Shown here piece by piece: positions 1-8,949 of a stretch of DNA of 20,000 bases (positions are counted from its first letter, which is position 1; each line of letters starts with the position of its first letter). Source of the DNA: Actinomycetota bacterium (lineage in GTDB: Bacteria; Actinomycetota; Acidimicrobiia; Spongiisociales; UBA4744); the NCBI GenBank assembly GCA_013152275.1, contig JAADGS010000074.1, positions 49,326 through 69,325 on the forward strand. The letters run 5' to 3'. Under the pieces are notes generated by a model, which searched no databases, was not told the DNA's origin, and saw nothing but the letters and a program-made list of their open reading frames with translations. The position numbers and the translations under genes are program-made.

Positions 1-443
1 ATGGAGCGGCCGCGGTCCTGATCATGAGCGAGGACAAGGCGTACGAACTCGGCATGCAGCCACTGGCGCGCTTCGTCGACTTCGCCGTCGTGGGTGTCGA
101 CCCGGTGACGATGCTCAAAGGACCCATTCCGGCAACGAGGCAAGTACTGGAGCGTGCCGGCCTCACCCTGGATCAGATCGACCGATTCGAGATCAATGAG
201 GCGTTCGCATCGGTGATTGGCGCATGGCTGATCGAAATGGACGAAGATCCGGAGACCCTATGGGAGCGGACCAATGTCAACGGAGGAGCAATCGCGTTGG
301 GGCACCCTCTTGGGTGTTCGGGGGCGAAACTCATGACGACGCTGGTGCATGAGCTGCAGCGGACGGGGACTCGCTATGGACTTCAGGCGATGTGCGAGGG
401 TGGGGGAATGGCCAACGCGACGATCTTCGAGAGGGTCGAGTAG
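1..443 (+). CDS. Thiolase (acetyl-CoA C-acyltransferase), 5'-truncated by window edge
   Basis: Frame is open from the window start (GAAAVLIMS). Thiolase motifs EINEAFA, NVNGGAIALGHPLG and the C-terminal catalytic CEGGG are present. Confidence 0.95.
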   Translation, partial: GAAAVLIMSEDKAYELGMQPLARFVDFAVVGVDPVTMLKGPIPATRQVLERAGLTLDQIDRFEINEAFASVIGAWLIEMDEDPETLWERTNVNGGAIALGHPLGCSGAKLMTTLVHELQRTGTRYGLQAMCEGGGMANATIFERVE

Positions 444-452
444 GGATCTCGC

Positions 453-486
453 TTCATCCACAGCGTGTGGATGAATCCGTGGATAA
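453..486. promoter_or_regulatory. Three DnaA-box-like 9-mers; the first two form a perfect 10-bp inverted repeat (possible terminator)
   Basis: TCATCCACA 454-462, TGTGGATGA 466-474 and CGTGGATAA 478-486. Each is one mismatch from TTATCCACA, with 3-nt spacers. Confidence 0.6.
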
Positions 487-501
487 CTACACGTGTGTAA
501 T

Positions 502-744
502 TCAGCGGTAGTTGGTGGTCATGAAGAACCCGCCGGCTAGCGCAGCCAAGCCGAACCAGAGCCCCCAACCACCGAAGAACGAGAAGATGTAGTTGAGGAT
601 CACCAACACCACTCCGATCGCCATCAGCGCGAACATGGTGATGACGTACCACTGAGGTGATGGAGGCTTGCGTTTGGGCGCAGGATGTGCGGGGCCGTGA
701 GCGGCGGGCTGGCGCTTCTTCTTGCGGGTCTTGGACTTCGGCAT
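502..744 (-). CDS. crgA: Cell division protein CrgA, copy 1
   Basis: 80 aa with basic N-terminus MPKSKTRKKK, SPxWY motif, two hydrophobic helices and MTTNYR end. Lies downstream of pknB as in other Actinomycetota. Confidence 0.9.
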   Translation of the reverse strand: MPKSKTRKKKRQPAAHGPAHPAPKRKPPSPQWYVITMFALMAIGVVLVILNYIFSFFGGWGLWFGLAALAGGFFMTTNYR

Positions 745-756
745 GGCTGCAAGATT

Positions 757-917
757 AGTCGGCGGCTTACGAGCGAGGCTCGATCTGCGTCCTCGACGGC
801 GATGCCATCTCGGGTCAAGGCGTCGAGTGCCTCCTCGACACGGGTGGCGGGGACGGCCTCGATGAGCCGGGATCGTTCGACGCGGCCTCTTTGGAGGAGG
901 AGCCGCAGAATCGGGCC
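757..917 (-). pseudogene. Remnant resembling the MutY C-terminal segment
   Basis: Translates GPILRLLLQRGRVERSRLIEAVPATRVEEALDALTRDGIAVEDADRASLV. The end aligns with the mutY end VVEDAGRILLAD (DNA tcgccgtcgaggacgc vs tcgtcgtcgaggacgc). No start or stop of its own. Confidence 0.6.
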
Positions 918-961
918 TGTCGGATCGATCCGTCGAACCGGCCCTGTGACGTGCGGTTGTT

Positions 962-1195
962 TCAGCGGTAGCTGGTCGTCATCAAGAACCCTGCGGCAAT
1001 GGCCGCCAGGCCGATCCAGTGTCCCCACCCACCGAAGAGCTGCAGGACGTGGCTGATGAGGGCGAACACCACCCCGAAGGCCATCAGCGCAAACATCGTG
1101 ATGACGTACTGTCGTGATGAGGGAGGCTTGCGCTTCGGCTCGGCGGAGCGGGGGTCGACGTTGCGCTTCTTCTTGCGGGTCTTCGACGTGGGCAT
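962..1195 (-). CDS. crgA: Cell division protein CrgA, copy 2 (diverged paralog)
   Basis: 77 aa, MPTSKTRKKK...KRKPPSSRQYVITMFALMAFG...GFLMTTSYR. It is the tail of ORF 962..2122 and is clearly homologous to 502..744. TACTCT lies 7 nt upstream of ATG 1195. Confidence 0.85.
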   Translation of the reverse strand: MPTSKTRKKKRNVDPRSAEPKRKPPSSRQYVITMFALMAFGVVFALISHVLQLFGGWGHWIGLAAIAAGFLMTTSYR

Positions 1196-1407
1196 GACGA
1201 CAAGAGTAGTGGTATTTGGGACTTCAGCGGTGTGTGACGGTGAAGGGACGTGGTCATGCTGCGACCAGGCCCCGCATCGACCGATTCGCCGGCAAGGTCT
1301 GGTTCCGCGGGATCCTCCGTCGTGCAGGCGTTGAACACGTCTCGGGACGGCCGAGCCACCGTGGACCCGGCAGGATCGCAACACCCCCTCATGGTGAGCG
1401 GACGCCG

Positions 1408-2208
1408 TCAGTCGGCGAGGAGAATGCGGCCCGCGTCCTCGACGACGANNNNNNNNNNNNNNNNNNNNNNNNNNNNNNNNNNNNNNNNNNNNNNNNNNNN
1501 NNNNNNNNNNNNNNNNNNNNNNNNNNNNNNNNNNNNNNNNNNNNNNNNNNNNNNNNNNNNNNNNNNNNNNNNNNNNNNNNNNNNNNTCGGGGCGGTATAG
1601 ACATCGGGCCCCACGCACCAGGAGGCCACCGGGCAGGATGCACAGACGGGCCGGCGGGGGCGACAGAGAGTGGCGCCGAGATCCATCACCGCCTGGTTCC
1701 AGTCTGCCGCCGAGCCGTCGGCGAGCTGGGTATCGGCGGCATCGGCAAGCTCTGCGCCGTCGAGAGGCCGTCCGAACCAGCGGCTGAGCACGCGACGCAG
1801 GTTTGTGTCGACTGCCGGTACCTGTTCGCCGAACGCGAAGCAGGCAACGGCGGCGGCCGTGTAGGGGCCGACGCCGGGCAGTGACCGCAAGGTCTCGGCG
1901 GTGGTGGGCCAGCCATGGGCCACGATGCTGCGCGCCGCCTCGCGCAGCCGAAGGGCGCGGGTGTTGTAGCCGAGACCCGACCAGATGGCCAGGATCTCCG
2001 CAGCGTCGGCCCGAGCAGCCGATGCGGGGTCGGGGAAACGGTCCAGAAACCGAACGTACGCCCCGGTCACTCGCGAGGCCTGAGTCTGCTGGAGCATCAC
2101 CTCGCTGACGAGAATCCGCCACGGGTCATCGGTCTGCCTCCACGGCAGACTGCGTCTCGTGTGGCCGTACCACTCGAGGAGGGCGGCGTTGCGAATCGAT
2201 GCCTCCAC
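1408..2208 (-). CDS. mutY: A/G-specific adenine glycosylase MutY (spans an N gap; start approximate)
   Basis: LPWR..DPWRILVSEVMLQQTQ, SGLGY, HhH motif LPGVGPYTA, VDTN and Fe-S motif C-x6-C-x2-C-x5-C. Start assumed at GTG 2208. Confidence 0.9.
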   Translation of the reverse strand: MEASIRNAALLEWYGHTRRSLPWRQTDDPWRILVSEVMLQQTQASRVTGAYVRFLDRFPDPASAARADAAEILAIWSGLGYNTRALRLREAARSIVAHGWPTTAETLRSLPGVGPYTAAAVACFAFGEQVPAVDTNLRRVLSRWFGRPLDGAELADAADTQLADGSAADWNQAVMDLGATLCRPRRPVCASCPVASWCVGPDVYTAPXXXXXXXXXXXXXXXXXXXXXXXXXXXXXXXXXXXXXXXXXXXXXXXVVEDAGRILLAD

Positions 2209-2224
2209 TTGCTCGAATTCAGTC

Positions 2225-4146
2225 TTAGGGANNNNNNNNNNNNNNNNNNNNNNNNNNNNNNNNNNNNNNGAGGTTGTCGTGGTCGGAGCCGCCTTCCCGA
2301 GGGTGACCTGTACGACCGTTGCGGGGTCGACCTCGTCGCCGGCGGTGATCGATTGGGAGACCACTTTGCCGTCCTGCTCGGGCCCCGTCTCCACCGTGGT
2401 TGCACTGACACTGAGCTGGAGCCCGACGGCTTCGAGTGCGGAGCGGGCCTGGTCTTGCGTCATGCCGGTGAGGTTGGGCACGGCAACCGGTTTCGGGCCC
2501 TGGGAGACGACCACGACGATCGTCGATCCTGCAGGGAGTGGCTCGCCCGCAGCAGGCTCGGTGCGGATCACGAGGCCTTCCGGCTGCTCGTCGGAGTATT
2601 CGTACTGGAACTTGGGAACGAGGCCCTCGTTGCCCAGGATGAATCCGACGTCACCCTCGGAGCGGCCTGGCAGCTGGGCAGGGATCGTGATGATCGCCGG
2701 TCCGTCGGAGACCGTGATGGTCACCACCGTACCGGGGGCGTGTTTCTCCCCAGGAGGCGGATCCTGCTCGATCACCTGGCCCTTCGGTGCGGTGGGATCG
2801 GGTCTGCTGACGGTCTTCACGACGAAACCGTTTTGGGCGATGAGGTCGATTGCGGTTGTCTTGGTCTCCCCGACCAGGGGAGGAACGGGGGAGGCTTTCA
2901 GACCGATCGAAACGAGTACCTTCACCAGAGAACCGGGATCCGTTTCCGTGAAAGCCGGGGGGTCCGTTCCGACGACCATGTTCTCAGGGACCGAGGAACT
3001 CTCGGTGTTCTCTGGAATGGCCGTGAACCCTGCCTTCTGAACTTCGATCATGGCGTCGGCCAACGTTCGGCCGGCGACATCCGGCACCGACGCGGTGACC
3101 GGCTCAGGCGGAGCGGAAGGGAGTTGCTGGAGGAGGAGAAAGATGCCCACTCCGAGAGCGACCAGCAGGGCGAATGCGGTGATGACGAACGGCAACTGGC
3201 TTCGCGGACCGCGGTCTTGCTGGACCTGTCGATAGACGCCGTCGGGGGAAGAAGTGGCAGGGGGAAGACCGACCGGAGGCATCATCTGGGTGGGAGCGTT
3301 CGAAGAGGCTGCACCGGGTGTCTCCCCGCCGAGAAACAGCAGAAGATCCTGTCGGATCTCTTCGGCGGTCTGATAGCGGGTATCCGGGTTCTTGTCGAGG
3401 GCGTGAAGGACGATGCGGTCCAGGTCCGGGGAAACGTCGGGATTGACGGCCGATGGTGCGGATACGGCGGTCGAAACATGCTGATAGGCGACCGAGACCG
3501 GGGAGTCTCCCGAGAAGGGGGGATGTCCTGCGAGCATCTCGTACAACACCACACCGAGCGAGTAGAGATCGGACCGTTCGTCTGCAGGGACGCCCTGTGC
3601 CTGCTCCGGAGAGAAGTACGTGGCGGTTCCGATCACCGCTCCGGTCTTTGTGAGCTCCGACGAGTCGTCCCAGGCGCGGGCGATCCCGAAATCGGTCACT
3701 TTCACCGTTCCGTCCGCGGTGAGCATGATGTTGCCCGGTTTGATGTCACGATGGACGACGCCGGCACGGTGGGCGACCGAGAGTGCTGCGGCAACCTCCG
3801 CCGCGATCTCGACGGCGCGACGGGGAAGGAGAGGCCCCTCCGCCCTGAGGACGTCGCGAACGGATCGTCCGTCGACCAGTTCCATGACGATGAAATACGT
3901 TCCGCCCTCCTGGCCCCAGTCGAAGATGCCGACGATGTTGGGATGGCTCAGGTTGGCAGCCGCCTGTGCCTCCCTGCGAAAACGCCGAACGAATGCCTCA
4001 TCCGTTGCGTACTGGGAGTGGAGCATCTTGACCGCAACCCTGCGGCCGAGCAGGGTGTCACGGGCTTCGAACACGTCGGCCATGCCGCCTCTCGCCAGAT
4101 GTGAGAGGAGCTCGTAGCGGTCGGCCAAGACGGTGTGTTCCATCAT
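2225..4146 (-). CDS. pknB: PASTA-domain Ser/Thr kinase PknB (3' end inferred across an N gap)
   Basis: Hanks motifs (VAVK, HRDIKPGN, DFG, SPE), one TM helix, four PASTA repeats and a Thr-rich tail running into Ns. Likely stop TAA at 2227-2225. Confidence 0.92.
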
Positions 4147-4170
4147 CCGTAGATTGTAGGGCCCGGCGTG

Positions 4171-5616
4171 TCAGGTGCGACCCTGGAGCCAGAAGTCCAG
4201 GATCTTCTGTGCTATCGGAGCGGCGACCGAACCGCCGGTGGCGTTCTCTCCCGCTCCCTCGACGAGCACGGCCAGCGCGATCGTGGGCTTCTCGACGGGG
4301 GCGAAGGCGATGAACCAGACGTCGGGTGATCCGGATGAGGTCTCGGCGGTGCCCGTCTTCCCGGCCACACGGATGTTCGGAACGGTTGCCTTCGTTCCCG
4401 TACCGGAGGCGACGACTCCCTCCATCATCTGGGCGACGATTGTGGCGGTCGCGGACGAGACGGTGCGGGACAAGAGTTCCGGAGTTCGTTCGGCGACGGT
4501 CGTTCCGGATGCGTCGACGACACGGCTGACGAGGTAGGGCTGCATCAGGAGCCCATTGTTGGCGATGGCGGCAGAGACCATCGCCATCTCGAACGGTGTT
4601 GCCCGGACATCACGCTGGCCGATCGCGCTCTGGGCGAGTGCGGGACCGTCGAGGTCGGCGGGATCGGGGAAGAAGGACGTCTGCACAGGCAGTTCGAATG
4701 CCGGTGGGGTGTCAAAGCCGAAAGACGTGGCGGTTTCGGCGAGTACGGTCGCTCCGAGGTCGAGGCCGAGCATCGCGAAGATCGTATTGCACGATTTCCG
4801 GAAGGCGACGTCGAGAGTGACATTCGTTCCGTCCACACACGGTCCCCGCTCGTAATTGCGGATCGTGCTCGTGGTGCCGGGAAGGGGAAACTCGGTCGGG
4901 TCGAGAAAGGTCGTGTCGGGGCCGGCAACACCGTTCTCGATCGCCGAAGCGGCAACGATGACCTTGAATGTCGATCCGGGAGGGTACGTCCGTCCGATGG
5001 CCCGGTTGGCCAACGGTTCATCGGGGTCGTCGAGAAGGATGCTCCGCGCAGCGGCAGCGTCCGGAGCGAGCATCGCTTCCGGATCGAAGGAGGGTGTCGA
5101 CACCATGGCGAGGATCGTCCCCGTCGAGGGGTCGATTGCCACCACCGAGCCTTTGCGCTCGCCGAGCGCCTCGAACGCAGCCTTCTGGAGGCCGTCGTCG
5201 AGGGTGAGTTGCAGACTCTTGGGGCGGAGATCTCTTCCCATCAGAGCGGCGATCACGTCCGAAAGCGTGAGGTCCCGCCTCGACCTGAGATCTTCGGCGT
5301 AGACGCGTTCGAGGCCCTCGTCTCCAAACAGAAGCGACGAGTATCCGACGACCTGTGCGAACGCGGGACCCTCGGGATACGTTCGGGTGAACCGGGAAGG
5401 ATCGTCCGGATCGGCGATCGAACGGGCAAGAACCGTGCCGTCGGCGGTGACGATCAGACCGCGTTCCTTGCCACTGATGCCGGCGGCGACCCGTGGGTTC
5501 AAAGGATTGTCCCGATACCGAGCGGTGTCGATGGCCTGGATGTAGGTGACGTTGAGAATCAGGAGAGCGAATGCGACGAACAGGACGGCTGCGACGCGAC
5601 GGATCGGCCCATTCAT
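4171..5616 (-). CDS. pbpA: Class B penicillin-binding protein PbpA
   Basis: N-terminal TM helix; STFK, SCN and KTG transpeptidase motifs; located between rodA and pknB. Confidence 0.93.
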   Translation of the reverse strand: MNGPIRRVAAVLFVAFALLILNVTYIQAIDTARYRDNPLNPRVAAGISGKERGLIVTADGTVLARSIADPDDPSRFTRTYPEGPAFAQVVGYSSLLFGDEGLERVYAEDLRSRRDLTLSDVIAALMGRDLRPKSLQLTLDDGLQKAAFEALGERKGSVVAIDPSTGTILAMVSTPSFDPEAMLAPDAAAARSILLDDPDEPLANRAIGRTYPPGSTFKVIVAASAIENGVAGPDTTFLDPTEFPLPGTTSTIRNYERGPCVDGTNVTLDVAFRKSCNTIFAMLGLDLGATVLAETATSFGFDTPPAFELPVQTSFFPDPADLDGPALAQSAIGQRDVRATPFEMAMVSAAIANNGLLMQPYLVSRVVDASGTTVAERTPELLSRTVSSATATIVAQMMEGVVASGTGTKATVPNIRVAGKTGTAETSSGSPDVWFIAFAPVEKPTIALAVLVEGAGENATGGSVAAPIAQKILDFWLQGRT

Positions 5617-6908
5617 GGCTGTTCCTCGTGGGAGACGCGGGCGAGGAGCGCCAGGATCAAGAAGTTTGCCACCAGTGAGGAGCCTCCATAGGACATGAAC
5701 GGCAAGGTGATGCCGGTGAGGGGGAGCAGTCTGGTGACTCCGGCAATGATCAAGAAGGCCTGCAACCCGAGGACGAACGACAGGCCGAAGGCGAGAAGTT
5801 TGCGGAACAGGTCACGTGATCGGAGTGCGATACCGAATCCGACGGCGACGAGCAGCGCGAACATCGAGATGACGGCGACGCTTCCGGCGAGACCCAACTC
5901 TTCGCCGACTGCAGAGAAGATGAAATCGGTCCATGCCGCGGGAATCCGATCCGGGGTGCCGACCCCGAGTCCTGATCCGGAAAGGCTGCCGGACCCGAGG
6001 GCAAACAAGCTCTGAAGGATCTGATAACCGGCGTCTGCCGGATCAGCGAAAGGATGGAGCCAGGCCGAGATGCGGCGGGCGACGTACGGGAAAGCGACCG
6101 CGGCCCCGGCTGCTCCGACGAGAAAGAGTGACCCGCCGGTAACGAGATAGGCTTTTCGGTCCGTGGCCGCGTACAGCATGGAGATGAAGACGGCGAAGAG
6201 AAGCAGCGACGCACCGAGATCTCGCTGGAAGACGAGGATTCCGAAACTGGCGACCCATGCGAGAAGCAAGGGGATGAGGTGTCGTGGTTCGGGAATCGAG
6301 AACCTTCCAAGCCGACGAGTCGATGCTGCCAGTGCCGGGCGCCGCTCCGAAAGGTACGAGGCGAGGAAGATGACGAGGACGATCTTGGCGATCTCTCCCG
6401 GTTGGAAATTGAGCGTGAGAGGTCCGATGACCAGCGTTGTCCAGAGGCGGGATCCACCTGCAACGACCCCGCGAACGGGAAAACTCCAATTGGTCGGGAG
6501 CATCGGCAGGAGCAGAAGACCGACGGAGATCGTGAGAGACGTATAACGGTACCGACGTAGAGGGGCGATACCGGTGCGCCGGAGGGCGAACAACAACAGA
6601 GCCGCAAGAGCGGCGGCGATCAGCAGCCACCAGCGTTGGAGAGCGGCGAACCTTGGGCTGATCCGGTATATCTCGATGAATCCGAGGGAGGTGAGGATGG
6701 CGGCAAGGGGAAGGAGAAAGGGACTCGCTCCGGCGGACCAGCGGCGAATGGCGACGTGGAGAGAGCCGAAGGAGATGGCGAAAACGACGAAGGTCAGCGC
6801 AACTTGCGCATCGATGACACCACCCTGAGCCAGGTTGACCAGACCGACTCCCATCGAAGCGATGACCGTCGCTCCGACGAGGAGCGCGGCCTCGGCATCC
6901 CGGGTCAC
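5613..6908 (-). CDS. rodA: SEDS family peptidoglycan glycosyltransferase RodA
   Basis: FQPGEIAK, QRDLG, TDFIF and GITLPFMSYGGSS motifs. GTG 6908 overlaps the pstP stop (GTGA). Confidence 0.92.
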   Translation of the reverse strand: MTRDAEAALLVGATVIASMGVGLVNLAQGGVIDAQVALTFVVFAISFGSLHVAIRRWSAGASPFLLPLAAILTSLGFIEIYRISPRFAALQRWWLLIAAALAALLLFALRRTGIAPLRRYRYTSLTISVGLLLLPMLPTNWSFPVRGVVAGGSRLWTTLVIGPLTLNFQPGEIAKIVLVIFLASYLSERRPALAASTRRLGRFSIPEPRHLIPLLLAWVASFGILVFQRDLGASLLLFAVFISMLYAATDRKAYLVTGGSLFLVGAAGAAVAFPYVARRISAWLHPFADPADAGYQILQSLFALGSGSLSGSGLGVGTPDRIPAAWTDFIFSAVGEELGLAGSVAVISMFALLVAVGFGIALRSRDLFRKLLAFGLSFVLGLQAFLIIAGVTRLLPLTGITLPFMSYGGSSLVANFLILALLARVSHEEQP

Positions 6909-7612
6909 GGCCGTGTGTCGACGACGACGACGGTGATGTTGTCGTAACCACCGGCTGCGTTGGCAGCTTCGATCAGGCTCCACACCGCTTCGTCCGGTGT
7001 GCCGCCTGCCAACTTCGCTGCAATGTCGTCATCGGTGATCATCGAGCTCAGGCCGTCGGTGCAGAGCAGCAATCGGTCGCCTGGCTGGAGATCTTCGGTG
7101 AGTAGATCGACTTCCACGGATCTGGCGAGACCGAGGGCACGCGTCAACATGCTGCGCTGCGGATGGCGCGCGACGTCCTCCGGTCTGATCTTGCCGGCCG
7201 CGAGGTATTCGGCGACGACGGAGTGGTCGGTGGTGAGTTGGCGGAGCACGCCCGAGCGCAGGAGATAGGCGCGGCTGTCTCCAACGTGACCGATGGAAAC
7301 TGTGCCGTCCGGATCGAGTTCGGCGATCGTGAGGGTGGTTCCCATGCCGGTGAGGCGAGGGTCCTCGTCGGCTGCGTCGACGATCGCGTTATTTGCGGCG
7401 GCGATTCGTTCCTCGAGACTACCGACTGTCGCAATGGCGACCTCGATGGCTTCGGATGAAGCGATCTCACCGGCAACGTGGCCGCCCATGCCATCGGCAA
7501 CGGCGAAGATCGACCGAGTATCGGAGCTGCCACTGGTTTTGGGGTAGAGGCAATCTTCGTTATTCGTGCGCACTCGCCCTTGGTGGGTTCCGCTTGCCCA
7601 GGTGAAGGTCAT
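6905..7612 (-). CDS. pstP: PP2C/PPM Ser/Thr phosphatase
   Basis: GRVRTNNED, VADGMGG, GDSR, LCTDGL and GGYDN motifs. Catalytic domain only. Confidence 0.92.
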   Translation of the reverse strand: MTFTWASGTHQGRVRTNNEDCLYPKTSGSSDTRSIFAVADGMGGHVAGEIASSEAIEVAIATVGSLEERIAAANNAIVDAADEDPRLTGMGTTLTIAELDPDGTVSIGHVGDSRAYLLRSGVLRQLTTDHSVVAEYLAAGKIRPEDVARHPQRSMLTRALGLARSVEVDLLTEDLQPGDRLLLCTDGLSSMITDDDIAAKLAGGTPDEAVWSLIEAANAAGGYDNITVVVVDTRP

Positions 7613-8025
7613 CGCACCTCCATGACCGTGTTGCCTACTTGGATGGCGTCGCCTTTCGTAAGAGTGAGCGGTGTCCCTACCCTTCTTCCGTTCACGTAGG
7701 TCCCGTTCGTGCTTCCGAGGTCGTGTACGACGATACCTTCAGGTCGGCGGATCAGTCGAAGATGGAACTCGGATGCATACGCGTCTTCGAGGACGACATC
7801 TGCCTGTGGACTCCTCCCCAGCACGACGGAGCCATGGACGGTGATCCGCTCACCGGCTTGTGAGTCCGATCGAACGATAACGACTTCTTCGCCAGAACGT
7901 GTCCGAACTCGCCATCCTTGGACTCCGCCCAGGTGGGCGGTCACGGCCCGTGCGACCTGCCACACGAACAGATAGATGAACGCGAGAAAGATGAGCTTGA
8001 GGAGTGTGAGCAGCAGTGCCGGCAC
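7609..8025 (-). CDS. fhaB: Membrane-anchored FHA domain protein (FhaB/FipA-like)
   Basis: GGAGG RBS before GTG 8025, N-terminal TM helix, FHA motifs GR, SxxH and DLGSTNGTYVNG. Confidence 0.85.
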   Translation of the reverse strand: MPALLLTLLKLIFLAFIYLFVWQVARAVTAHLGGVQGWRVRTRSGEEVVIVRSDSQAGERITVHGSVVLGRSPQADVVLEDAYASEFHLRLIRRPEGIVVHDLGSTNGTYVNGRRVGTPLTLTKGDAIQVGNTVMEVR

Positions 8026-8116
8026 CTGTTCCTCCCTGGTGACCGTCGAACAATACCTGTCATGAGGACAACTCGGTGCGTGCTCGTGAAAGCATCGAGT
8101 CCATCTCGAACCGCGG

Positions 8117-8761
8117 TCATGGTGTTCGAAAGTCGAACGTGACCGGACCGAAGGATACGACGGCGCCGTCATCTATGGGGGTCGGCTTCGTGATCGCTCC
8201 GCCGTCTACGGAGGTTCCGTTGGCAGAGTTGAGGTCATTGATCCAGATACGCGCTCCTTCTCGCCAGATGAGCGCATGAAGGCGACTGGCGCCGACATCT
8301 GCGATTGAGACGTCACACTCCACGGACCGGCCGACGAGCACCCTGTTGTACATCAATGGAAAGGGCGCGCCCGACTGCGGCACGAGACGCCCCCACGGGG
8401 GGCGCGGTCCCGGCGCTCGTTCCGATCTGCAGGAGATCTCGGTCTTGGCCACCTGATCCGAGTGCTCGATAACGACACTGGCGGGTCCGTTGAGACGCCA
8501 GCCACGTTCCATCGCCGTCTCTTCGAGAAGGAGCTCCAGGTGCCGGGGAAGCGCGTCGGGCACCTGCTGGGCGGTGTGAAGGGTGAGGATGTAGCGGCTC
8601 GGGACGGCGGGCCCTGCCGGTTCCTGTTCGATGCCGAGATCGGCCTCTCGGAGGAGGCGAATCCCCAGCTCGGAGGGGTGTAGGGGACCTCCGAACATCA
8701 CACCTGCGAGGCCATCGACGAGGCGTTCGATGCGCCGTTCCAGATTCCGGGCGGTTCCCAC
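8117..8761 (-). CDS. fhaA: FhaA-like protein (DUF3662-like N-terminus plus FHA domain)
   Basis: LERRIERLVDG...F N-terminus; C-terminal GR, SRLH and DLNSANGT; first gene of the cluster, divergent from tRNA-Leu. Confidence 0.85.
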   Translation of the reverse strand: MGTARNLERRIERLVDGLAGVMFGGPLHPSELGIRLLREADLGIEQEPAGPAVPSRYILTLHTAQQVPDALPRHLELLLEETAMERGWRLNGPASVVIEHSDQVAKTEISCRSERAPGPRPPWGRLVPQSGAPFPLMYNRVLVGRSVECDVSIADVGASRLHALIWREGARIWINDLNSANGTSVDGGAITKPTPIDDGAVVSFGPVTFDFRTP

Positions 8762-8861
8762 CGGGCCATTGTATTCGATACTCCGAAAGACGTTGTCGGC
8801 CGGTGTAGGAGCCGGTCTTGGAGGGAAGAGCCATCTGGCACCGTGCTACGATGCCGTGCCC

Positions 8862-8945
8862 GGGCGAGTGGCGGAATTGGCAGACGCGCAGGCTTCAGGT
8901 GCCTGTGAGCTCACGCTCGTGGGGGTTCAAGTCCCCCCTCGCCCA
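8862..8945 (+). tRNA. tRNA-Leu(CAG)
   Basis: GGGCGAG/CTCGCCC acceptor stem, CAGGC-TT-CAG-GT-GCCTG anticodon arm, long variable arm, GTTCAA T-loop. Confidence 0.95.
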
Positions 8946-8949
8946 CGAC

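Noticed and set aside
1196..1407. Possible small gene or RNA between mutY and crgA copy 2
   Set aside because: ORF 1084..1392 overlaps crgA2 out of frame and has no recognisable motif. No convincing structure by eye.
962..2122. 386-aa ORF
   Set aside because: Off-frame read through mutY and the N gap. Only the last 77 codons (crgA copy 2) look real.
1915..4104. 729-aa plus-strand ORF and similar long antisense ORFs (e.g. 9864..10988, 17047..18105)
   Set aside because: Shadow ORFs opposite well-supported genes, as expected at high GC, with no recognisable motifs.
1408..4146. Apparent 912-aa PknB-MutY fusion in the ORF track
   Set aside because: The join crosses an N gap (2232-2269) of uncertain length in a Thr-repeat tail. 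A CCC-TAA follows the gap, and a fusion would put MutY outside the membrane. Most likely an artefact.
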